Shown: one piece after another, positions 40,102 to 54,187 of the stretch
Layout of the letters: each line of letters starts with the position of its first letter
How positions within the stretch are numbered: the stretch's first letter is position 1
From: Octopus bimaculoides
Lineage: Eukaryota
Reading direction: 5' to 3'
DNA length: 64,000 nt
Assembly (NCBI RefSeq): GCF_001194135.2
Contig: NC_068984.1
Span: forward strand, 29,691,397 to 29,755,396
Translations under genes and position numbers: made by a program
The notes under the pieces: model-generated
Told to the model about the DNA's origin: nothing
What the model saw: only the letters and a program-made list of their open reading frames with translations
The model's database searches: none

Positions 40102-40754
40102 AGAGAGAAAGAGAGAGTGCATGCAAATCAGCGATACACATAACACTCACTTTTGTTTATATTTTAATCGGTGTAGTAAACTGGTAGAGTCGTAAAGATA
40201 ACGAAAAGTTATCTTGAAATATTTACAGAGAACCCTTTACTTTTTACGTTTGAATCAAGACAAGGCCAATTTGTTTTGTATTCTTTTGACGTCTCTACAA
40301 CTAATTACCAATCAGGCACCGCGCACGATTTGGTTGACGATCTCTTCCAATAAGTATTTAACGTCTGTCTATCCTAGGACATGTTTGTTTTTCACTCATA
40401 TTTGATTTGTTTTCAAATGAATGTATCAATAAACTTATCTGAATTTCCATTGTATATATAGAGTATATAATAATATATATTAAAGTAACAATTATAATAC
40501 AAAGTTCATATATATGCTTTTTAAAAGGCAAATGTTTTCAATTCATAAGTATTCTAAAATCTTCCATCAATAAAATTTATTTAGCTTGAAAAGAAAATTT
40601 TATGGTCAGTATAGGACAAAAATAAATCAAATTTAAAATTGCGGTTTATCTACATCTATCCACAGATATCGCTGATTCATTCAGTATTGATCCAAGATAA
40701 CGTGAGACAATTTATGTGAAACGCGTTACGCTCATCACAAATTGATCTACGCGA

Positions 40755-40808
<54 letters not shown>

Positions 40809-40837
40809 TTATCTATCTATCTATATCTATATATATT

Positions 40838-41359
40838 CCTCGAAATGAGGAGTAGATGGACTGCCAACAACTGATGCAGGGTAGTTTTTTTATGTTACTT
40901 GCCCTGTTTTCCATTTGTTTCTCTCGTTGTTTATGTAGTCAAATTCTTTGTTTTCGTATTTCATGTTGTTTACGATTTGTGACATCCTGTACCCATATAT
41001 GCATATATATATATGTGTGTGTGTGTGTGTGTACGTTTGTAGACACACACACACACATATATATATCATTTATATTATTATATGGTTGAACGACACGCAT
41101 TCATTTCCAAGTAAGTTTACCCTGATATTTTTAATGCGACTCTACCCTTTACTGTTCTCTTCTCCAATCGCTTTCTCTCGCGTCCTTTATCTAATTCCTC
41201 TTTTCCCCTTCATAGTTTTCTTTCCATCTGTCTGTCTGTTTGTCTCTGTCTGTCTGTCTGTCTGTCTCTGTCTGTCTGTCTGCCTGTCTCTGTCTGTGTG
41301 TCTGTCTCTGTCTGTCTGTCTCTGTCTGTCTCCCTCTTTCCTTCTTTCTCCTTTACACA

Positions 41360-41391
<32 letters not shown>

Positions 41392-41850
41392 GTTGCTTAC
41401 ACGTGACCACCATTCATATTTCTTTTCCTCACATCATGATCTTTCTTTTCCTTCACGGCTGTCGTAGAGACTGCACGTAACCCATCTGTGTCTCTCTTCT
41501 ATCTATCCGCTTATCAAAGAGAATATTTCTCCAGCGTTCACTATTTTATCCTCGTCTGGTATAACGACACTCCATGTTTGTTTTCATTCGGTTTCCTTGT
41601 ATATCTCCACTGTCCAGTTTTTGTTGCCAAATTTGACCCTCCACAACTGCCCTTTGATGACTCATATTGTCGTTCAATGCTCGAAATGAAGAGTAAATGG
41701 ACAACTGATGAAGGGTCGTTCTTTTATGTTACTTGTCCTATTTTCCAGTTGTTTTCTTGTTGTTTATGTTTCCAAATCTTTTGTTTTCGTATTTTCGGTT
41801 TGTGACTTCCTGTACGCCCATATATGCATATATATATGTCTATGTGTGTA
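40838..41850 (+). mobile_element. Partially duplicated 3'/pLTR-like repeat (40838-41010 and 41679-41830), probably Penelope-like
   Basis: Two diverged copies of ctcgaaatgaRgagtaRatggac...caactgatg.agggt...tatgttacttg.cc...cctgtac.ccatatatgcata, separated by microsatellites. Confidence 0.55.
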
Positions 41851-42266
41851 CATATACATATACATATGTATATATANNNNNNNNNNNNNNNNNNNNNNNN
41901 NNNNNNNNNNNNNNNNNNNNNNNNNNNNNNNNNNNNNNNNNNNNNNNNNNNNNNNNNNNNNNNNNNNNNNNNNNNNNNNNNNNNNNNNNNNNNNNNNNNN
42001 NNNNNNNNNNNNNNNNNNNNNNNNNNNNNNNNNNNNNNNNNNNNNNNNNNNNNNNNNNNNNNNNNNNNNNNNNNNNNNNNNNNNNNNNNNNNNNNNNNNN
42101 NNNNNNNNNNNNNNNNNNNNNNNNNNNNNNNNNNNNNNNNNNNNNNNNNNNNNNNNNNNNNNNNNNNNNNNNNNNNNNNNNNNNNNNNNNNNNNNNNNNN
42201 NNNNNNNNNNNNNNNNNNNNNNNNNNNNNNNNNNNNNNNNNNNNNNNNNNNNNNNNNNNNNNNNNA

Positions 42267-42660
42267 GTGGCTTTATAGGCGCAGGAGTGGCTATAGGTGC
42301 AGGAGTGGCTGTGTGGTAAGTAGCTGGCTTACCAACCACATGGTTCTGGGTTCAGTCCCACTGTGTGGCACCTTGGGCAAGTGTCCTCTACTATAGCCTC
42401 AGGCCGACCAAAGCCTTGTGAGTGGATTTGGTAGACGGAAACTGAAAGAAGCCCGTCGTATATATGTATATATGTGTATGTGTTTGTGTGTCTGTGTTTG
42501 TCCCCCCAACATCGCTTGACAACCGATGGTGGTGTGTTTATGTCCCCGTCACTTAGCGGTTCGGCAAAAGAGACCGATAGAATAATTACTAGGCTTCCAA
42601 TAAAATAAGTCCCGGGGTCGATTTGCTCGACTAAAAGGCTGAAACAAGTAAAAGAGTAAA
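42267..42660 (+). mobile_element. SINE family A, full length, with tandemly repeated 5' end
   Basis: Repeated gcaggagtggct, then tgtggtaagtagctggcttaccaaccacatggttctgggttcagtccc...gacggaaactgaaagaagcccgtcg...gaaacaagtaaaagag. Confidence 0.9.
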
Positions 42661-44283
42661 AGAGTATATATATGATTATGTATGTTTGTATAAAATGATA
42701 TCGTTTTCTAATATTGATCGCCGAGTTTAAGTCACACAACTTCATTATATGTCAGTCTGATGCTTGATCACTTGGGAAATAAAATTCATCAATTCTTGAT
42801 AATCTCGTGAACAACTGATTGGTTTGGTCTATTCACACTAAGTTATCCAGGACTGGTTATAAGAAATGCTATAAAACTTATTGTTCGAAACAGCAAGGCT
42901 TAGAAAATACTTTAATACTTTCCTTTCCTTTCTGAACTCACATTTTCATTCATTATCTACTGTAACAAAAAGGAAATAAGCAACCAGATGCAATTCACAC
43001 AGCTTACAAGTAATTTCGATGTCATTTTCCTTTTTTTCTTTTTAAATTAACAATGAAGTTTCTTCTCTCGTAAGTTTAGTATATATTACATATGATTGGT
43101 TGAATTCTTGAGCCTTTAGCTCATGTATATTCTTATAGTTATTACCTAGATATTTGGTGACGAAGGTAAACATATACGACTCGTTATACCCAATTTCCGT
43201 TATACATGCACACAACACTCATGTAGTATACTCTGTAGACTCAGTTTAAATTCCTTACTAATGCCTACCAGTTTTGGATCGAGCCACTTACACACAGACA
43301 CCATAGAATGCAACTAAAGATGATTATATACACAGACAAACATATACTTATATATGTGTAGATATTTGAAGAGGATTTTAGCGACGATATAAACAAGAGT
43401 GCACCAAAAGCCAATATGGAAAGTTCTCATATGCTATCGACCACATTTTAGTGTGTACTAATAGAATATACACGTTTAAGTGGGGATTGATTTAATACTT
43501 TATATTTACCTGTCACATGGAGAATCACCATTGTTGGGAGGTGTTACTTAGTTCGTTTTCACGGTCCTCTCATCGCATTTGCTTTTGGAGAGTGAGATAG
43601 ATGGACATCGCTACCAGCGTTTGTGTTTATTGACCTGGTGTGGTTTCTTCTAGTATCTCTGTTAAAAATGTGTCTACTTATCTACTTTTTGAATGTGTTC
43701 ACATCCAAGCTTTGTTGAACGCTAAAGATTTTCTTGCCAACACTTTTACAAAACTGGGTTCTTACTCTTGAGTGAGATGTGGCCTCCAGTAACGTACATT
43801 TTAAGTGAGTGTTGGAATAGCTTTCAATCCCTGAGTTAGGCATTAAACTATGACTTGATACACACACTCACACACACACATATATATGCATGTATGTATG
43901 TGTGTATTTGTGTGTGTGTGTGTGTGCGTGTGTGAATGAGGGAGGAAGTTCGTCGTTTTTTTAGTCTTTTCCACTAGTTCATTTGTTTCGCTGAGACAGA
44001 AGAGGAGCAAAAGGAGATGGGCAGGAAGTCAAGAAAGCTGCTAATGATACATTGTATCATAGTAGGCGCATTAGGTATAATAAAAATATTCAGACTAATG
44101 TATATCAAAAACACCAGTACTAATAAATATATATAACATACATATCCTATAACGCACACATCTTTCGTAAAACACATTCCATATAGTAAAAACAAGAATA
44201 TCACAACAAAGCACAGCACGTACCCTAGGCATATAGAGCTGCACTCGGTAGTACAGTGTGAGCACGTGATAAAAATAAGACTA

Positions 44284-44357
<74 letters not shown>

Positions 44358-44461
44358 GTTTCTCTGCCCTATGTGTACGGAAAACACTCGGCGAGAAATG
44401 GGAAAAAATTTGAAGAAAGAAGAAAAAAAAACATTAAAAAAAAAATAATAATAATAATAAT

Positions 44462-45150
44462 AAGACGTTGCATGGTTGATTCCCAAAGCTTGTTACAGCA
44501 AATAGTAGTAGTGAGACATGGATATGGTTGCAGAAAGCTTTAATTGTGACAAAAACCTAGTAGATTCCTAATGTAGTTTATGCAAATCAAAAGAGGGAAG
44601 CGTTGCTCACATAGTAAGTGAATGTAGCACGCTGGCAGAGAAAGAATACAAGGAAAGACATGATAACCTTCGGAGAGTAATCCACTGAGAGTTACGTAAA
44701 AAGCTAGGATGTGAACATGAACCTAGTAAAATACTAGAAAGTAAGAAATACAAAATGTTGTGAGACTTTAATATTCAGACTGACAGAATAATAGAAACTA
44801 GACAGCCTGATTTGATAATAGTATTAATAATAGTATTTAATAATAGTATTTAATTAAAGTACCAGAAGCTAGCCATTGAATGAAAACGTCTATGGCAAGT
44901 GCGGGTAAAATGTATCCCAGTAGTTATAGGTGCATTTGGAAGTATCCCTAAATATCTGAACAGATGGATAGAGGAAATATGCATAAAGACTAGTTTAGTA
45001 CAGTTCCAGAAAACAGTGTTGTTAGGGACAGTTAGGATACTTAGGGGGGTTCTTGGCATCTAAGGTTACTTGTTGGAGCCCGATGTTGGGATATTTTTCT
45101 TTTCTAACAGTCTAATCAGTGGTGTGTATATGAAAATAAAACAAAACAAT
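44462..45150 (+). mobile_element. R4/Dong-type retrotransposon 3' part (CCHC plus RLE) following (AAT)n
   Basis: CSLCKSKEGSVAHIVSECSTLAEKEYKERHD; L*DFNIQTDRIIETRQPDLII; KYQKLAIE*KRLWQVRVKCIPVVIGAFG...QKTVLLGTVRILRGVLGI*. Confidence 0.9.
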
Positions 45151-46042
45151 AGTAAGCTAATAGACCAGATATTTTCTTTTTTTTTTTCCTCTCTCACTTC
45201 CTTCCCCCTTTTCTCTATCGCATGACTTTGTTAAAGAACAATCTGGTGTCTTCATTTTAATAACCTACCAATGTATACAACGAGATTCTTTGTCCTAGGT
45301 GTTAGGAAGACACTCAGCAAGAAATGGAAACAAAATTGAAAGAAAATGGTGATGATGATGATGATGATGATGATAGTAGTAGCAATAATAATAATAATAA
45401 TAATTATTATTATTATTATAGCCCTGTTCACTTTGATGGTATGCGTTACTCTCTCTACTAATAATTAAAATGATGATAGTGTTGATAGTGTTGATGAGGA
45501 TGATAATAATGGTTATTATAATTATATAAATACTTATACATATAGATAAATACGTACACACACAAACACACACATACACATGCATGCACCCACTTACACA
45601 CACGCACGCGCACGCACACAAATGTACTCAAACAAATGCACATATTAAAATCTGTATAAGAAATTTTTCTTGGAATAAATAGGATTTTCCCTTTATATTA
45701 TTGGCTTATGTTGAAATTATTGCCATATATTTTACGTACTATTTGAAGCCATATGTTATTTCCTCATGCAACGTTTGTATGAAAATCGAAGAGAAAAAGA
45801 GGGGAAATTGTTTTTTTGAAAACGAGAAGAAAATTTAATGGCTTTCAGTCATGTTTCACATAGCGGAATGTGGGAATTTGTTGGAGAAGGGGAGGCAGAC
45901 ATTGCCAGTCGAGTGAGTGGAACAGGAGAAATAAACGAGATACAGGAACACAGAGAATATTAAAACACTTTCAACTTATCATACATACAATAATATTCAG
46001 AGAGGGAAAGGGAGAAAGAAAGAGAGAGAAGTTAGGGAGAGA

Positions 46043-46127
<85 letters not shown>

Positions 46128-46659
46128 GGAAATAGGGAGAATTATTTGTTAAGTTTGAATCGTTAATATTTATTAGCCTAAATAAGTTATGAATGGAATT
46201 TTTTCTATTTGTTGCTTTCTTTTCCATCTCTAGTTGACCAACAAATATATATCAACATAATGTGGTTATTCTTGCTATAATGCCAGTAAATTCGACAACT
46301 ATCAACCACATTATAACAACACAACAAAACAACAACAATGACCCCACTATTTGAAATCAGTTATCGTTATTATATCTTTCATTAATGTAATGTATTGAAG
46401 TAAGGTGAACGATAATTGTTATAACGAAAAGGAAACCCCTAAGGAGACACATTTGTTGTATCGATTCTGTATAAGTGATACTATCAAGATGTGGAAGCTA
46501 GAATCCTCTTCTATTGTAGTACATGCCTGTGTACACAGTATAAAATATTGGCGATATATGTGAACGTGTGTGTTTTTACGTATGTGTATGTGTGTGTATT
46601 ACATGAACATATCTGTAATATATATGTATGTATACATGTGTGTGTATGCGTGTGTATAC

Positions 46660-46703
<44 letters not shown>

Positions 46704-49700
46704 NNNNNNNNNNNNNNNNNNNNNNNNNNNNNNNNNNNNNNNNNNNNNNNNNNNNNNNNNNNNNNNNNNNNNNNNNNNNNNNNNNNNNNNNNNNNNNNNN
46801 NNNNNNNNNNNNNNNNNNNNNNNNNNNNNNNNNNNNNNNNNNNNNNNNNNNNNNNNNNNNNNNNNNNNNNNNNNNNNNNNNNNNNNNNNNNNNNNNNNNN
46901 NNNNNNNNNNNNNNNNNNNNNNNNNNNNNNNNNNNNNNNNNNNNNNNNNNNNNNNNNNNNNNNNNNNNNNNNNNNNNNNNNNNNNNNNNNNNNATATATA
47001 CGCATATATGCTATATATATATAATTATAATAAATACAACGCGCGTGCGTGCAAGCATTATTCCTATTGTAGGTAAATGTTCCATTTCGTGTTTGACGAA
47101 AGAGATAATATAAGAAAAGAATAAATACAATGAACGTATATAAAAAAAACGCGGTTAAAATGGTATTTTGGCTAAATTTCCAACTGGGAAATCAGATACC
47201 AACTCTGATTTAAAGTCATTTTTTTGACATCGCACTTCACGAGTGAAAACCTTTATTTTATTGTATCTTGCTAGACACGCACCTTTACACAGACGTGTAT
47301 AAATTTTGAGTCCCTCTAGAATAAAGCCACTTTAAAAATTTACTTCTAGAAGTGATAGCGACACGATATATCTTATAAGCTAAATTAGAATTCCTTATAG
47401 ACATTTGTAGATTTCTAAAAGCATTTACTACATAATCATTGATATTAAACACCTCTTAAATTATTTGCTCTGTTTGAAAGAAAACATAATTCGCTGCTTA
47501 TGTTCCTGTAATACTGGTAGTTGATTAATTCAAAGAACATCATGAATCTTTTGTAGCTCCTGAAGAACTGGAAACATTTACTTAATTTAATATCTCTATA
47601 CTTATATAACATATATACGTTTCGGCCAACATTGGCCAAGGGCATGAAGGATCTACGAGATGTTATTGCTCATTGTACCCTGCCCATCTCTCACAAGTCA
47701 CAAATATTCTGACCGTGACTATCGAATTTTTTTCCGTAGACAAAGTAACTACAATATAATCCACTTCACACTCCTTCGTGTAAGCTTTCAGGAAGGGTTA
47801 TTTGGCTGATATTTTTCTTGCCGATGAAAGCTACATAGAGGAACCATCATTGACTCATAAAAAATATGTTGTCGTCTATTGATTCCTGGACACATCTGAC
47901 TGAGTAGAACTATGATAAAAGCCATTTCAGTCGTGACGAACTCACTTTTCCAGATATAGTACATGTTGAATAATATTATCCAAATTGTACAAGTCGTTGA
48001 TATTTTATTTAGGGAGCATTTTATTTATTTCTAGCAGGTTATGCGGTCATTCAAATGCACCCTTCGTTGTTTTGTAGTCGATAGTGCTAAGGTCAATGAT
48101 GTTCGGAATACACATTCGAAGTTTCTGTCAATAGTTTTTAATATGAATAAATGAATCATTTAAAACAAATTTTTAAAATGAAAAGTTTACCATTTCATAT
48201 CCTTACTGTTATATACAACAAGCCTGAAATGCTTGTCTATTACATCCACCCCAGTATCGAGCATAAGGTAAGGTTGGCGTTATATCAGTGTTATGGAATG
48301 TTATAAAGTAAGAATGCACAGTGTAAGGTAAACAAAATATAGAGATAGTTAAATAGTTTTAAAGGGATATAAATATACTTAAGTAAAGGTGATAGTGAAA
48401 TGATTTGGAAAATCAAAATTCAGAGCAGTCAAGACACGTAACTTTACAGAAAGGAAATTTTTTATTGCACCATTAACTAAACAATTAAATATTTATTTTC
48501 TCATTATATGTATTGCTTGAAAATTGTTTAAACATTTTGCCGTTTGTTTAGTTTTCTGATATTAGTTAATTATTAATTAATGAATAAATTAGTATTTAAT
48601 ATATTACACCATTAACAATTAACTTATTGGCTAGCAAACAAAAAAGATAATCTTATTATGTAATATATTGCGTTATTTAAATTCTAAAAAACATAAAATA
48701 AAAAGACACTGATTTTATCAAACACAAAATAATGTATATTTTCATGTGTAATAGTTTGATAGCAATGCTTTTTTGCAGTAAATCCACAATCAATGGTATT
48801 TTTACATTATTACGCTTGCTGCTCTGCACACAGTCTGCTTTGAAAGAAATACGACTATAGATTTCAGCTTCCACACGTCGAAATATATTTTTAGTTGGAA
48901 AGCAAAGAATTAAAGTAGTTTTCTATTTCTGATATAGTTATACAATTCTTAAAATTTTTAATAAAAAAACGTATTTTATCTGGTTCACGATATCAGATAT
49001 AGTCATAAATCTATTTTCCTGATGTGTTCAGATTTCAAATATTATAAAGTCATTTTAAAATACCTCTTGATATTTCGAGGGTATGTACTTTTAGAAAATC
49101 TTTACATGACAAGGTCAGGCACGTTCATAGGGCCGGTTGCAGATAAATTATATGAACGACACTTACACGAATTAAATTTTGCTGTTTTACTAAATATCAA
49201 ATTTAGTTTATTTATGAGAATTGTAATCGACAAGTAGTTAACTGTTCACAAAGAGGCATGAGAATTTAAATGCATGTGTAAGCTTTTATGTATAGAGGTT
49301 GTGTTGCAAATTGTCGAGAGTACTTTCTGCGGAAGAAGATTCTTCAGTTAAATAATGACAAATATAAAATGACCATGCGCATAATAATTAAGTTTGGTGT
49401 TGGAAGATCCGACAAATAGTTGTATAATGAGGTGGGGGCTAGAAGGATAGGATGAAAGTATATGTGCAATGTGAACTAATCGAAAGGTATAGCGAGAAGA
49501 TTTATTTTGATTTGATCTGGAAATTTTGTTATTGTAGAGTGACGTAAGGGTATTGGTCAATGTGTCAAATTCAGATCACGACATTCTTTGTATAGAAAGT
49601 TGGCTTTTGTTGAATTCTAAGGTTCACGAAAGAAAGTCAGTAGATAAATAAGTTGGTCACTGGAAAGAGCTTATTTTGGGGTTATTGCATTTCCATTTTA

Positions 49701-49830
49701 AAAAAATTACATTGCGTATTATGGAAAGTTTAGAAGCGGGGAGACTAGATTACTATGAATAATTATAGGAGATTTGTAATCTGATTCTAGTGTAGCTTAC
49801 AGCTCTTTCTCATATGATATGCAATGCACA

Positions 49831-50264
49831 AAGGCGGCGAGCAGGCAGAAACGTTAGCACGCCGGGCGAAATACTTGCCGGTATTTCGTCTGCCATTACG
49901 TTCTGAGTTCAAACTTCGCCGAGGTGGACTTTGCCTTTCATCCTTTCGGGGTCGATAAATTAAGTACCAGTTACGCACTGGGTTCGATGTAATCGACTTA
50001 ATCCCTTTGTCTGTCCTTGTTTGTCCCCTCTATGTCTAGCCCCTTGTGGGCAATAACGAAACAAGAAACGTTAGCACGCGGGCGAAATGCTTAGCGGTAT
50101 TTCGTCTGTCTTTACATTCTGAGTTCAGATTCCACCGAGGTCGATTTTGCCTTTCACCCCTTCGGGTCGATAAATTAAGTACCAGTTGCGTACTGGGGTC
50201 GATATAATCGACTGGCTCCCTCCTCAAAAAATGTCGGGCCTTGTGTCTAGACTAGAAAAGAATA
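49831..50264 (+). mobile_element. SINE family B dimer (head-core-tail1, then headless core-tail2)
   Basis: The second unit starts at gaaacgttagc (50065), the same motif as 49848 in the first head. Confidence 0.9.
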
Positions 50265-51259
50265 TGCAATTTACTCATAGCTAAATACCTGTGTATCACC
50301 TTGTAGCTTATAACTATACAGTTTCAGTAAAATTAGAGTTGTCCCGGACTGTCCCAGTTAGGTAAAACTGATATACTTTTGTATATGTTCAGGATATAAA
50401 ATTATGACTTCAAGTCCCGATTAAGTCAAATATATTTTTATCACTTTTAGTTTGATAAAGCAAGTTACCAATCATCTGCTGAGTCGAAATATTTGACTGG
50501 TTCCCGGTGCCACCATATTTAAGAACTGAGCTGATATGTTCAACTAAACCATTTCAAGACGGTGCCCGGCATGGCCGCAATTTAGTGAGTGAAACAAATA
50601 AGTTATAAGATTGCAAAAATAGTATGAATCAATTATAGAATTATAATAATTTTTCGTATCTAAGTGCATTCCTAAATCTATCAAATATCAAGACTTTAAA
50701 AATAGTTTCACTTTAGATTTTATCTACAGACGACCTGCGTCGCGAAAATAACCTCTTTTCAATGCTTTTATTACGTATTTAACAATGAGAATGCTATGTG
50801 TATCTCTAAAACTCTTTGATATCATGAACGTAAGTAGTTAACATCAGTTTCTTTCTTTCGCAGTTTTTGAATTGTAATAATTATTCGGATTAGAATCATG
50901 AGGTTATAAGTTTATCGGTTCGTGGCCAATGATGGATGAAAAGTTTAGATACATATCCATAAATCTTTGCTATCATTTTCAGCATGTTTACAATGTTTCA
51001 CTATAGCGATCGGCTTGGGATTTGTAAAAGATATTATCAAAAGAAATATAACGTGAGTCGATTCTATCATATTATTGTTACCTATTTTATCGACCGTATA
51101 CAATAGAAAAGAATAAACGCAGCATTCTTGATTTTTCTCTGAATTGCAGGACACCAAAGTTCTTTATTTCTTCTTTCGAATCATTTTCGTTGACGGAGAC
51201 TTACCAGCCTACAAATAATTGTTTCAAATTTTGGTACAAGGCCAACAATTTCTGGTTAA

Positions 51260-51435
51260 GGATAAAGTCGATTAAATAGACTCCAGCACTCAACAGGTGC
51301 TTATTTTGTTGACTCCGAAAAGATAAAAGGCAAAGTCGACCTTGGTGGAATTTGAACTCAGAACGTAAAAACGGATAAAATGCTGCTAAGCATTTTGTCC
51401 GGCGCATAACGATTCTGCCTGCCCGCCGCCTTACC
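51260..51435 (-). mobile_element. SINE family B, diverged
   Basis: aaaggcaaagtcgaccttggtggaatttgaactcagaacgtaa...ctaagcattttgtccggcg...gattctgcc. Confidence 0.8.
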
Positions 51436-51671
51436 ATGTGACTAATGATATTGGCATTTTTATTTTAGTCCAGATATATCATGCGTTACGAACTGTGACT
51501 GTAAAAACGTTTTTGATACCATGTTTGGTGCTTCATTATGCAAAGTATACCGGCAAAATGACAACCCATAAACACTGGAAAACATAATTTGGTTGGGAAA
51601 AGTAAATAGTTTACTGAGTCAGCAAATTAATATGAACACATTTATGCATACAAATAAATAAACAAATAGAT

Positions 51672-51823
51672 GCAGGCGGGGCCGTATGGCAAAAGTTTGC
51701 TTCCCAACCAGATGATACTGTGTTCAGTCCCACTGCATGTCTCCGTGACAAAGTGTATTCTACTAAAGCACGAGCCGACCAAAGTCATGTGAGTAGATTT
51801 GGCAGACACACTGAAAGCTGTCG

Positions 51824-51854
<31 letters not shown>

Positions 51855-52400
51855 CCGTTATGTTCTAATTGCTAATAAGCAACCCTCTTTAATTTGATAT
51901 ATATATATAATTTTTTTTAAAGAAAAACGTAAATACAGAGAAGATGCTCACTCTAAGAAGTAGAGCAATCTATATTAATTACTGGTGAAGGCTGGTTTAT
52001 AGAGTTACCCTGGGTTTCTCACCGTAAAATGTACCTTTATGGCGTATCTTCAAACCATAAGACCTATTAGCCTATAGCCTGTATTAAATATTCTAAAGAG
52101 TCCATAGACCAACAGGTTTTAGGGTCTGAAGATACGCCATAAAGGTACCCTTTATGGGGATACTGTCAGAGTAGCCCTATATATGTATGTATGTATGTAC
52201 GTATGCGCATGTGTTTGTTTCTGAAAACCGCTTGGCAACCGATGTTGGTATGTTTACGTCCCTGTATCTAGTGATTCTGCATAAAGAGAAAGACAAATTA
52301 AGTACCAGCCTTGAAATTATTTAAATAATAAAGTCGACTCGTTCGACTAAAATCCATATAGGCGGTGCCCTATCACAGCCATAATCCAATGATTGGAACA
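51672..52400 (+). mobile_element. Diverged SINE family A split at its internal (TA)n by later insertion(s)
   Basis: Head 51672-51825 (tttgcttcccaacc...gttcagtcccactgc...gccgaccaaag). Tail 52210-52400 (cgcttggcaaccgatgttggtatgtttacgtccc...gactaaa). Confidence 0.7.
51998..52181. mobile_element. Small TA-flanked MITE
   Basis: gtacctttatggcgtatcttca is inverted to tgaagatacgccataaaggtac. Ends tatagagttaccctg / cagagtagccctata. Confidence 0.65.
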
Positions 52401-52466
52401 AATGAAAGGTATATACACATGCACACACATGTAGTTCGTAGATATTATCTAATGGTACTGTAATGT

Positions 52467-52511
<45 letters not shown>

Positions 52512-53606
52512 AATATATGAGTATATGCATATATATGTACATACCTTCATCTACATGTATATATAGATGCATATCTGAGTACATGACGTTGCAAAAAAAC
52601 ATGGGCAAATGATAAACAGGGTACAGAAAACATACAGAAAGCATACAGCTGCCACCATTATAACACTGGCGTTTCGAAGAGTTAGGGCATGTAATACATA
52701 TATATATGACATCATGTATTACATATATTACCGTAATATTCAACTAATTTCAAATTCGGTAACTTTGATTTATTCCTATGTAAACTAAATATAATTCATT
52801 TTGACACGAGTGGTCCAGCTTCATTCATTCAGTCAGAACTAAAAATGAAAGCAAAACAAATTACTGATATTAGTATGCTAGCATCATTTAAAGGTATTTG
52901 CTTTGCATCCATCCACACATGGATAACACAATATTCAATTACTATCTTAGAGGAAGCTTTCAATATCTTAATCGCATGATCTAAAAATTTCCATTGAGAA
53001 TATATTGAGATTATTACTTTCTCTTCTATTTCTGTGGAATATGTTACCTGTACAATTCTTTGGTGCTGTTTACTTATCGTTTTATCACAACCTGATTATC
53101 AGCAAATGATTAAGCAACTTGCTGTATCTATACTAATATTTTACAGTAAATGCATTACATCAATGATTCTGCAAACAAATAGATAAAATAAATAAATAAA
53201 TCTGCAGTTAATTCACTAAAGCTTTAATTCAGTAACTACGCTATTTCTCTAATTCTCTCTTAACAACTTATTCTATCTCATTCTCTTTTTTGTCTCAGTA
53301 CAGTTAGTAGCATTCATGTATAACTAAACGTCTCATTAGTGCTACAAACAGCATATTTTCAAGTCTGACGTATCCTCCGCCACCTGAACATGTAAATACA
53401 TTCATTATATGTCTAAATGAAAATAAGGCTACGTCAATAAATACGCGCATAGCAAACTATATATATATATATCCCGTTATATATATATATATCCCGTTAT
53501 ATATATACATATATACATACGGGCAGTTTTCTGCTAGACCCTTGATAATATTTTCACATTTGATTCCCAATTCTAATGCGCTTTATATATTACGTCTAAT
53601 TATAAG

Positions 53607-54187
53607 GCAGGAAAGGCAAGGACAGTAATGATGCTAAGGTATTCGAAAGATCAGAACATCCGAGAAAACCCCCCAAAACTACGAACTGGGAAGAAACGGA
53701 AAGCCGAAGAGGCAGTAAAAAGGGCGATCGGAAAACCAAGGCAAGTCGGTATAGTCGGAGCGACGCAAGAAGCAAGAGCCGGTCTAGGGATGCACAATTT
53801 CAAGCCATTTTGCATGAGCAGTGTAAAAAAAAAAAAAAAAAGGAAGTGGTACTCGAAGCGAGAAATGAAGAAGAAAGGCGAAATGTACATTTGGTACAAT
53901 GTCGTCAACAGGGACAGTGCCTGAGATGCGAGGAATATGTGGTCAGTAGCAGAATCTCATGAAAAGAACTTTGGTCTTGGGAACAAGCAAGAGCATCCTT
54001 CCTGATCAAGTCTACATCCCACGTTTTACCTTCACCGGTGAATTTAGTCCAGTGGAACATACAAACAACTGATGAATGTGGATGCGAAGAGAAAGCGACG
54101 GTTTTGTCAAACTGCAGGCTAGCATTAGGCAGACATACATAGCGTCACAATCAAGTCCTCGGTGTCATAAGCGCAGCATTCTTAGAC
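53607..54187 (+). mobile_element. HERO-like RLE non-LTR retrotransposon fragment
   Basis: AGKARTVMMLRYSKDQNIRENPPKLRTGKKRKAEEAV...GIVGATQEARAGLG; SFLIKSTSHVLPSPVNLVQW; LSNCRLALGRHT*RHNQVLGVI. Confidence 0.7.

Noticed and set aside
47598-47645. Hammerhead on the minus strand (ggccaatgttggcc-gaaacgta)
   Set aside because: A helix II-like stem and GAAACGUA are present, but there is no CUGANGA core.
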